In this document: piece after piece, positions 54,593 through 63,407 of the stretch | How positions within the stretch are numbered: position 1 is the first letter of the stretch | Layout of the letters: each line of letters starts with the position of its first letter | Source of the DNA: Octopus sinensis | Lineage: Eukaryota | NCBI RefSeq assembly: GCF_006345805.1 | Contig: NC_042998.1 | Coordinates: 107,322,001 to 107,386,000, forward strand | Reading direction: 5' to 3' | Length of the DNA stretch: 64,000 nucleotides | Position numbers and translations under genes: made by a program | Notes under the pieces: model-generated | Database searches by the model: none | What the model saw: the letters and a program-made list of their open reading frames with translations, nothing else | Told to the model about the DNA's origin: nothing

Positions 54593-55049
54593 ACCAACAT
54601 TACAACAGTGAAATATCATCCCACTCATTTTTTCAAATGGAATGTGATTTTGCCACTAATTGTATTGCAATTTTTTTATTGCTTTATGTCAGCTAACTGG
54701 CAAGGTCTCTATTGGCGTTTCAAAATAACCACACTAAGGCACATGGAAACACAGGGGGGGGAGTAGATTCATTGGAACTTCCATTTCAGTTGTGTGTGCA
54801 TGTATACATGTATTGGTGGAAGCATGGCTGCTACCTATTTATATAGATATCCATCCTCTTTGAGGAAAAATTGCCATAAGCAGATCACAATATTAACCAC
54901 AATGAGAAGTTCCAAAAGATTTATTGTATCTAATCAAGACTACTGATTTATAAACTATAGCCAACACAGGGAGAGTGAAATTGTCCTATAAATGGACCTA
55001 ATTTGTAAATTATTCAGTACAGCAAACTGAAGACCAAGAACTGCACCAA

Positions 55050-55148
55050 AGAGAACTCAGACATCCAAGAAAGGAAGGTGACCTTCATAGAATACATCTC
55101 TGGTGGAAACCGCGAACAAATATGTTCAATACATCATCATTGTTCTCT
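55050..55148 (-). ncRNA. SNORD14: U14 box C/D snoRNA, copy 1
   Basis: AGAGAAC/GTTCTCT terminal stem, C box ATGATGA, domain A TTCGCGGTTTCCACCAGA, domain B CCTTTCTTGGATGT, D box CTGA (vertebrate U14: TTCGCAGTTTCCACCAGA and CCTTCCTTGGATGTCTGA). Confidence 0.93.
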
Positions 55149-55674
55149 GGAACATCAAATGCTAGGTTAAGAGGTCAGAATGACAAAAAAATTAGCTTAT
55201 ACAATATCCTTAATAATTGTGTAAATGTTCTACACATGATTGGGTGTGAGCCATGAAGTACTGGTGTTACATTGAAAGCACCTAGTACAGGAGTTGGCAT
55301 AAGGGCATCCAGCTATAGAAACCAAGCCAAAACAGAAGATGGAACGTAAAGTGCTCCCTGGCCCTGCTCATTTATGTTTAGGCATTTAAGCCATACCAGC
55401 ATGTAAAACGGACACAAAAAGTTGATATGTTGAAATGAAATCATTGAATTTTGACATTAAGTGTCCTCTTTTAAAGTAGGTTCATAGGATGTAATTCAGC
55501 TGTAAAAACAATTTTGATATTTCTTAATGAAGGAGACGATAGTGGATATGAAAACTAAGTTCTAAAAAGCTCGTCATGCCAGAATTAAGCTAATGTATTT
55601 AAAATTGTTTACAGCAATCAAACTACCAGTTAAAAGCGAATGGTCAAATGAGCATAACATCAGACTGCTGCAGG

Positions 55675-55773
55675 AGAGAACTCAGACATCCAAGAAAGGA
55701 AGGTGACCTTCATAGAATACATCTCTGGTGGAAACCGCGAACAAATATGTTCAATACATCATCATTGTTCTCT
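55675..55773 (-). ncRNA. SNORD14: U14 box C/D snoRNA, copy 2
   Basis: Identical to copy 1. Confidence 0.93.
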
Positions 55774-56160
55774 GGAACATCAAAAGCTGGATTAAGGTCA
55801 GAGCTTATGATATATCCTTAATAATTGTGTAAATGTTCTACACATGTATGGGTGTTACATTGAAAGCACCTAGTGCAGGAGTTGGCATTAAGACGGGCAT
55901 CAAATGTTTTATTTTATATTTTCAAATTTATTTTGTTTTTATCTTTCATGTAATTTTAATTTACCTCTACAATGAGCGACAAATTTTGATCAATTTCTTT
56001 TGTAAATCATTATTCTATGTATCTATACATTATTGTATCTGTGTACGTGTGAGTGCTTATATTATCTAGTTGATGGTATTTTGTTTTCTAGTTTTCAAAT
56101 TCCGGTCTTTCATTTTACTTATACCTTCATGGTACACCTGTCCTTTGTGCTTAAATTCAC

Positions 56161-56190
56161 CTGATGAATCCAGTAATGTACACAACTCTT
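56161..56190 (-). other. Candidate 30-nt exon of the snoRNA host transcript (B-type spacer)
   Basis: ttttactatag|aagag...catcag|gtgaat; conserved at 57700-57729. Confidence 0.45.
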
Positions 56191-56584
56191 CTATAGTAAA
56201 ATTTTGTTGTATACCCAATTGAATATTAGCTAATAACCCATTTTCCATAGCAGTGTTTGAACAAAAATTTTAATGACTTTATATCTTGTTGAATGTACCT
56301 GTATCTTCTGTAATTAGAGCTACTTTGTGACAAAAATTATGGTATGGAATTGGTTGAGAATGTTTCGTAAAATCATCTTCCAAAAATCACAATATTTTGA
56401 TAAATAAAAATGTTTTATGAAACCAGACTAAATTCATGATTATGTTAGAAATTAATTGAAACACCTAAGGGGTGTATTTTTGTTAGAAATATATTAACGA
56501 AAGGTTTAACATTGTTTACAGCAATCAAACTGTACCAGTTAAAAGGGAATGAATAGTCAAATGAGCATAACATCAGACTGCTGA

Positions 56585-56683
56585 AGAGAACTCAGACATC
56601 CAAGAAAGGAAGGTGACCTTCATAGAATACATCTCTGGTGGAAACCGCGAACAAATATGTTCAATACATCATCATTGTTCTCT
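56585..56683 (-). ncRNA. SNORD14: U14 box C/D snoRNA, copy 3
   Basis: Identical to copy 1. Confidence 0.93.
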
Positions 56684-57195
56684 GGAACATCAAATGCTAG
56701 GTTAAGAGGTCAGAATGACAAAAAATTAGCTTATCATACAATATCCTTAATAATTGTGTAAAGGTTCTACATATGTATGGGTGTGAGCCATGAAGTACTG
56801 ATGTTATATTGAAAGCACCTAGTACAGGAGTTGGCATAAGAGCATCCAGCTATAGAAACCAAGCCAAAACAGAAGATGGAACGTAAAGTGCTCCCTGGCC
56901 CTGCTCATTTAACCCATGCCAGCATGTAAAACAGACACAAAAAGTTGATATGTTAAAATGGAATCCTTGAATTTTGACATTAAGTGTCCTCTTTTAAAGT
57001 AGATTCATAGGATGTAATTCAGCTGCAAAAACAATTTTGATACTTCTTAATGAATGAGGCGATAATGGATATGAAAACTAAGTTTTAAAAAGCTCGTCAT
57101 GCCAGAATTAAGCTAATGTATTAAAAATTGTTTACAGCAAACTGTCCCAGTTAAAAGTGAATGGTCAAATGAGCATAACATCAGACTGCTGCAGG

Positions 57196-57294
57196 AGAGA
57201 ACTCAGACATCCAAGAAAGGAAGGTGACCTTCATAGAATACATCTCTGGTGGAAACCGCGAACAAATATGTTCAATACATCATCATTGTTCTCT
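57196..57294 (-). ncRNA. SNORD14: U14 box C/D snoRNA, copy 4
   Basis: Identical to copy 1. Confidence 0.93.
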
Positions 57295-57699
57295 GGAACA
57301 TCAAAAGCTGGATTACGGTCAGAATGACAAAAAATTAGTTTATGATATAATATCCTTAATAACTGTAAATGTTCTACACATGTATGGGTGTGAGCCATGA
57401 AGTACTGGTGTTACATTGAAAGCACATAGTGCAGGAGTTGGCATTGAGACGGGCATCAAATGTTACATTTTATATTTTCAAATTTACTTCGTTTTTATCT
57501 TTCATGTAATTTTAATTTACCTCTAAGGTGAGTGACAAATTTTGATTAAATTCTTCTATACCTTATTGTATCTGTGTATCTATGTGAAGAGCTTATATAA
57601 TCTAGTTGATGGTATTTTGTTTTCTAGTTTTCTTCAAATTCCGGTCTTTCATTTTACTTATACCTTCATGGTACACCTGAACGTTGTGCTTAAATTCAC

Positions 57700-57729
57700 C
57701 TGATGAATCCAGTAATGTACACAACTCTT
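57700..57729 (-). other. Candidate 30-nt host exon (second B-type spacer)
   Basis: Same acceptor and donor as 56161-56190. Confidence 0.45.
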
Positions 57730-58124
57730 CTATAGTAAAATTTTGTTGTATACCCAATTGAATATTAGCTAATAATCCATTTCCTATAGCAGTGTTTGAA
57801 CAAAAATTTTAATGACTTTATATCTTGTTGAATGTACCTGTATCTTCTGTAATTAGAGCCACTTTGTGACAAAAATTATGGTATGGAATTGGTTGAGAAT
57901 GTTTCGTAAAATTATCTTCCAAAAATGGCAATATATTGATAAATGAAAATGTTTTATGAAACCAGACTAAATTCATGATTATGTTAGAAATTAGTTGAAA
58001 CACCTAAGCGGTGTATTTTTGTTAGAAATATATTAACGAAAGTTTTAACATTGCTTACAGCAATCAAACTACCAGTTAAAAGGGAATGAATAGTCAAATG
58101 AGCATAACATCAGACTGCTGCAGA

Positions 58125-58223
58125 AGAGAACTCAGACATCCAAGAAAGGAAGGTGACCTTCATAGAATACATCTCTGGTGGAAACCGCGAACAAATATGT
58201 TCAATACATCATCATTGTTCTCT
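58125..58223 (-). ncRNA. SNORD14: U14 box C/D snoRNA, copy 5
   Basis: Identical to copy 1. Confidence 0.93.
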
Positions 58224-58750
58224 GGAACATCAAATGCTAGGTTAAGAGGTCAGAATGACAAAAAATTAGCTTATCATACAATATCCTTAATAATTGTGTA
58301 AATGTTCTACACATGATTGGGTGTGAGCCATGAAGAAGTACTGGTGTTACATTGAAAGCACCTAGTACAGGAGTTGGCATAAGGGCATCCAGCTATAGAA
58401 ACCAAGCCAAAACAGAAGATGGAACGTAAAGTGCTCCCTGGCCCAGCTCATTTATGTTTAGGCATTTAACCCATGCCAGCATGTAAAACGGACACAAAGT
58501 TGATATGTTGAAATGAAATCATTGAATTTTGACATTAAGTGTCCTCTTTTAAAGTAGATTCACAGGATGTAATTCAGCTGTAAAAACAATTTTGATACTT
58601 CTTAATGAAGGAGACGATAGTGGATATGAAAACTAAGTTTTAAAAAGCTTGTCATGCCAGAATTAAGCTAATGTATTAAAAATTGTTTACAGCAAACTGT
58701 ACCAGTTAAAAGCGAATGGTCAAATGAGCATAACATCAGACTGCTGCAGG

Positions 58751-58850
58751 AGAGAACTCAGACATCCAAGAAAGGAAGGTGACCTTCATAGAATACATCT
58801 CTGGTGGAAACCGCGAACAAATTATGTTCAATACATCATCATTGTTCTCT
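58751..58850 (-). ncRNA. SNORD14: U14 box C/D snoRNA, copy 6
   Basis: As copy 1 with a 1-nt insertion between the C box and domain A. Confidence 0.92.
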
Positions 58851-59399
58851 GGAACATCAAAAGCTGAATTACGGTCAGAATGACAAATTAGCTTACGACA
58901 TAATATCCTTAATAATTTGCGTAAACGTTCTACACATGTATGTGTGTCAGCCATGAAGAAGTACTGGTGTTACAGTGAAAGCACTTAGTACAGTGGAGTT
59001 GGCAATAAGACGGGCATCCAGCTACAGAAATGAAGCCAAAACACGATGGAACCCAAAGTTCTTCCTGGACCTGCTCATATATGTTGAGCAGTTTAACCCA
59101 TGCCAGCATGTAAAACAGACACCAAAAGAGGATTTGAAGTTTAGATTTATCTAAACCATGCTAAAATGAAATCACTGAATTTTGACATACTAAATAGGTT
59201 CTTAGTATAGAAGTAATTCAGCTGTAAAACCATTTTGATACTTCTTAATGAATGAGACGGTAATAGTGAATATGAAAACTGTAAGGGTTAAAAAGCTTCT
59301 CATGCCAGAATTAAGCAAGTGTATTTAAAATTGTTTACAGCAGACTGTACCAGTTAAAAGCAAATGGTCAAATGAGCATAACATCAGACTGCTGCAGAA

Positions 59400-59496
59400 G
59401 AGAACTCAGACATCCAAGAAAGGAAGGTGACCATCACAGAATACATCTCTGGTGGAAACCGCGAACAAATATGTTCAATACATCATCATTGTTCTC
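59400..59496 (-). ncRNA. SNORD14: U14 box C/D snoRNA, copy 7 (variant C' box)
   Basis: All boxes and guides intact; internal GTGATGG replaces ATGAAGG; GAGAAC/GTTCTC stem. Confidence 0.93.
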
Positions 59497-59955
59497 AGCA
59501 TGAAAACAGCAACAGATATAGTTACAATGAAAATTACTGGACTATCATAATGAAATATGAAGTGACCAACAATAAGAGCATCATAATAATGAGAAATATC
59601 TAACAGCAACTTCGTTTTTGTGTCTACAGTCGTGATCACTTTATAATTCATGCTCTCACAAAAATGGACAATAATTATGTTAACCCTAGCTCTTATGAGA
59701 GAATCTGGTCAGTTGAGAAACGAAGTAGAAACCACATACATCAAATTCACTTCATTATGCTCACATATATACACTTTTGAAGTAGTAGAATAACTATAGC
59801 ATGCTATGAATGCAACATTATAGCCTAGAGAAAAATAAATGTACACAAAATCAGTCAGATATCTGAAGTAACAAATACAAGATATGTAGTGCTGTTCACA
59901 GTAACTTGTACAAGTCTTTCATATAAAATTTCAAGTATTAAAGCTCAACTTTACA

Positions 59956-60023
59956 CCAATCAGATATATCAAGTTTCCACAGAAGTTTCAGAACAGGTCT
60001 GTGATATTAAATCATCATGTTGG
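59956..60023 (-). ncRNA. SNORD25: U25-type box C/D snoRNA (guide for the 18S G equivalent to human Gm1490 / yeast Gm1428)
   Basis: ccaa-c-ATGATGA...ATCACAGACCTGTT-CTGA (D')...CTGA-ttgg, 68 nt; the 14-nt guide complements conserved 18S AACAGGUCUGUGAU; fifth-nucleotide rule gives AACAGm. Confidence 0.9.
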
Positions 60024-60699
60024 AAAAACCAGTACTAACACAAGCATGAATCTTGAACATCTAGCCAAGTGTACATTATTTGTGTATTTCAATAAATATA
60101 ATGAAGAGTCAATGACACTAAACTAGAAAGCTGTAACTACCCACATGTCAAGGAACATAAACCAACACTTAAACATGAATTACTATTCATAGTATCGTAA
60201 ATAGAAAATACCGAAAAACTCAAGAACATACTTTGTGAAAGATAAATCAGACAATCAAGAAAGGGTCTTTCAACAAATCCATCTAAAGAACATTAGATGA
60301 ATTTAACCTAAATATTACTATAGCATAACTTTTTTTAAAATAATTTTACATGCACTTTGTTAACGTTCATACAGGAGGAATGTATTTCCCGTCTTAAGCA
60401 AAACGTATTGTTTAAAAAATTATACACCAGCTTTCTTAATCATTCGACAAGCTTTCTGTCATTCATAATCCAAATCACTTTTCCTGTCCTACTGTATGAC
60501 AATACCTTTTTTAAATTCTAGTTGGATTCTCTATCAGCAAGCAGAGCACACGCAAGCTGTCTTTATTCAGAGGGTTAAGACATTTAGATATAGATTCTAA
60601 TTCTATTTATATTCCAAAATGAGTTCAAATTGTGTCATTTCAGATTCACTTTAAGTAGCATCTTCATTACAGATCTAAATCTAACTACTGAAAACTTAC

Positions 60700-60733
60700 A
60701 CATTAGAAAAGCTTTCTCAATAGAAGTCTACCT
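60700..60733 (-). other. Candidate non-coding exon of the snoRNA host gene
   Basis: ataatttttgtag|...atgt|gtaagt; 34 nt with stop codons in all three frames. Confidence 0.6.
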
Positions 60734-60758
60734 CTACAAAAATTATCGATTAATAGCA

Positions 60759-60841
60759 TTGAGGTCAGTTACTGTCTAGTGAGCATGGTCTCATCGATGT
60801 TACATCTCATGAAAACCCAGTTAATCTTCATCATTCCTCAA
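60759..60841 (-). ncRNA. Box C/D snoRNA, target unassigned
   Basis: ttgagg/cctcaa terminal stem, C ATGATGA, D' ATGA, gatg-taa-catc hairpin, C' CGATGA, D CTGA; 83 nt. Confidence 0.8.
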
Positions 60842-61142
60842 AATGCAATTTAGCTAAGAATGAAATATTGATATAAACCAGAAGATTAAAATCCTACACT
60901 GGAAGCTTCATTTGGATCAAAATTTACATAAGCCCATCCATCAAACATTTCTGATAAAATCTACTTATGTACCTAAATCTTTGATAAATGATTCAAGACC
61001 TTTATCGGGCAGCATCTTTTGCCTACAAGCACCCAATACTACCATACAACTGTCCTGATATTTTTGATGCTGTATTTAGATTTATTTCTACAGCAATGGG
61101 AAATCCTAATTCATTCAATCTTGCTACAGATCAACTTTTAAA

Positions 61143-61255
61143 TCATGTTTGCATTTCACGAAGTCACACCAACCTTAAATGTCACTGAGTTGCAATCTAC
61201 TCTGCAGGTTTAACCAAATGGATAACAATTTCATATCCAGATTAACAGACATACT
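61143..61255 (-). ncRNA. Candidate box H/ACA snoRNA
   Basis: Hairpin (ttaatc-tggata/tatcca-ggttaa), hinge AGAGTA (ANANNA), second hairpin (ttgca/tgcaa), then ACA plus 3 nt; ends 54 nt before a ctgtag acceptor. Confidence 0.5.
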
Positions 61256-61569
61256 GAAGATTTAAAACTAAAGTGTTTGTGTACAAGTTAACCATTAATC
61301 AAATGGTATTTCACCAGTTATCAATGAGAGACCAGAGCTAAATGTTTTAATCAGAATAGTGATGAAAAAGTAAGAAAACATTTAATTGAAACTAGCATAA
61401 ATAGTTGGGCTTGCATAGCTTTTAATTGATTATATCTGGAAAAAATTGACCAGGAAAACTGTAGGTTGGCAAGAAAGTAACTTCGGTTTTTTTGTGTGAA
61501 ACAAGTCGTTTTCTGGTTTATGTTTAACACCTGGTCCTGATTTTAAACATTCAATACAACTCTTCTTAC

Positions 61570-61596
61570 CCTAATGGTGTTTTTGCATTTTTTATA
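61570..61596 (-). other. Candidate 5' exon of the snoRNA host gene
   Basis: gtgttttacag|tataaa...attagg|gtaaga. Confidence 0.4.
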
Positions 61597-62215
61597 CTGT
61601 AAAACACTCAATACCGCTCTACCTATTCCCATTAGACTTAACTTGCTTATTGGAATCCGAGAGAACTTGTAATTAATCGAAAATATTAAACAAGGCATCA
61701 GATGGTCGGGAGATGCGCTAGAAACAGCAGGTAAATTGCCCTTTTCCTAAGTGAAACCATATTCAACACCGTAATCGTTCGTCAAATCAGAACGTGTTGT
61801 TGACAATAACTTTTATATTAGTTTTTTCAATTCTTGTTTATATCTTGAAACAAAGCAGTAAGAAATGATAGGTAGATAAGCAAAGTTAGAAATCAGTTGT
61901 ATTTATGTCCCTTTGCTTTCTTTTTTTTTTACGAAAGTAAACTGAACGATTTACCATATGAAGGAGTTTCTCTTACCATGATACATGAGATCTTTGTTAA
62001 AATCTTTATCTATTACTCAGACGAAAAATAAATCTAAAAATTATATTTTCAAACCCTTTTCCGTTAGACTCAAAAAAATAATTCCTAAATGTCTCGTCCT
62101 CTCCCACACCCTTGGGAAAAAAATTTCCCCCAAATTTCATTATAATCGGTTCGTTGGCGCAAATTTCACTATAATCGATTGTTCTCATATTCGTTTAATA
62201 CACATTTTACTCTTT

Positions 62216-63241
62216 TTAATCAATTATATATTTTCCATTTCGATCGATGACCTTTTGCCATCTTTCTGGCAACTTCATGATTCCGCACTCATAGAACTTC
62301 TGGTCCTTATCAGCCAAAAACTCAAGCAAGTGCGATTTCAGGTCATCATCATTATTGAAAATATTATCATTCAAAGAATTTTGCAGACTTCGAAATAAAT
62401 GATAATCTGATGGTGCCAGGTCAGGGCTATATGGTGGATGTGACATCACTTCCCAACCAAGCTCTAATAATTTTTCACGAGTTGGCAAAGACATGTGTAG
62501 TCTAGCATTGCCATGGTGGAATATGATTCCTTTACCATTTGCCAATTCTGGCCGTTTTTCTTCGATTGCTTTCTCCAGTTTCACTAGTTGTTGACAGTAA
62601 ACATCTGAATTAATTGTTTGGTTCCTTGGAAGCAGTTCAAAATACACAACACCTTTGTAATCCCACCAAATTGACAGCATGACCTTTTTTTGATTCATTT
62701 CAGCTTTCGATGTGGTTTGTGTTGGTTTATGCTTGGACCATGATCGTTTTGAATTGATGTTATTGTAGACAATCGATTTTACATTACCAGTTATGATTCG
62801 TTTTAAAAAAAGGTCGATTTCATTGCGTTTGAGATGCATATCACAAATATTGATTCGTTGTGTTAAGTGAATCTCTTTCAATTCATGAGGAACCCAAATT
62901 TCGAGTTTCTTAACGAATCCAAGACATTTTAAGTGATTTTCAATTGTTGTATGTGATACATTCAATCTATCTGCAATCTCTCGCACAGTTATATGACAAT
63001 CAGATTCAATTATAGCTTTGATTCGGTCATCATCAACTTCAGTAGGTCGACCAGAACGCTGGTCATCTTTGAGTGAAAAATCTCCAGAACGGAATTTTTT
63101 AAACCATTTCTGACATGTGCGTTCTGTTAAGCAATCAACACCATAAACTTCACATATCTTTTTGTGAGCCTCAGCTGCTTTCACCCCTTTACGGAAATAA
63201 AAAAGCAAAATATGGCGAAAATGTTCGTTTTTGCGTTCCAT
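62216..63241 (-). CDS. Mariner transposase (mellifera-like), full-length 341-aa ORF, two catalytic Asp residues mutated
   Basis: HFRHILLFYFRKG, RSGRP, WVPHEL and YSPDLAPSDY intact; ITGNVKS for ITGDEKW and HHGNARLH for HHDNARPH. Confidence 0.93.
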   Translation of the reverse strand: MERKNEHFRHILLFYFRKGVKAAEAHKKICEVYGVDCLTERTCQKWFKKFRSGDFSLKDDQRSGRPTEVDDDRIKAIIESDCHITVREIADRLNVSHTTIENHLKCLGFVKKLEIWVPHELKEIHLTQRINICDMHLKRNEIDLFLKRIITGNVKSIVYNNINSKRSWSKHKPTQTTSKAEMNQKKVMLSIWWDYKGVVYFELLPRNQTINSDVYCQQLVKLEKAIEEKRPELANGKGIIFHHGNARLHMSLPTREKLLELGWEVMSHPPYSPDLAPSDYHLFRSLQNSLNDNIFNNDDDLKSHLLEFLADKDQKFYECGIMKLPERWQKVIDRNGKYIID

Positions 63242-63374
63242 GTTGAACAGTTGTAAACAAAATTACGCGCAATTTGCTTCTAAAGCAAGTAACGGCTATC
63301 AAATGTCAAAAGGGAAAATCATAACGAAATCAAAGTCATTGAAAAAATATCCTAATTCTATGATGATAATTTGC

Positions 63375-63407
63375 GAAAAACGAAACTACCTTCTTGCCAA
63401 CCCAATA
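63375..63407 (-). mobile_element. Mariner 5' terminal inverted repeat with TA target site
   Basis: Minus strand TA-ttgggttggcaagaaggtagtttcg, mellifera-type TIR, ~165 bp upstream of the ATG. Confidence 0.8.

Larger units (their letters stand above)
55020..59500 (-). repeat. Higher-order tandem array of U14-containing units (alternating ~620 and ~920 bp; ~1.54-kb dimer)
   Basis: U14 start-to-start spacings 625, 910, 611, 929, 626, 648 bp; alternating spacer types. Confidence 0.93.

Noticed and set aside
55050-59496. Protein-coding reading of the repeated 99-bp core (ORFs 58086-58301, 58736-58954, 56066-56248)
   Set aside because: Frames close quickly and differ between copies; conservation maps exactly onto snoRNA boxes, guides and terminal stem
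60567-60667. Further C/D candidate in the host (ATGAAGA...CTGA...CTGA, minus strand)
   Set aside because: Variant C box, poor terminal stem and only wobble-rich 28S complementarity; worth including in a snoscan run but not supportable by eye
61597-61670. 5'TOP/TCT-like start (gttctctcgg) and GC donor for host exon 1
   Set aside because: Motif is imperfect and the implied intron is only ~50 nt; the TSS cannot be placed without CAGE data
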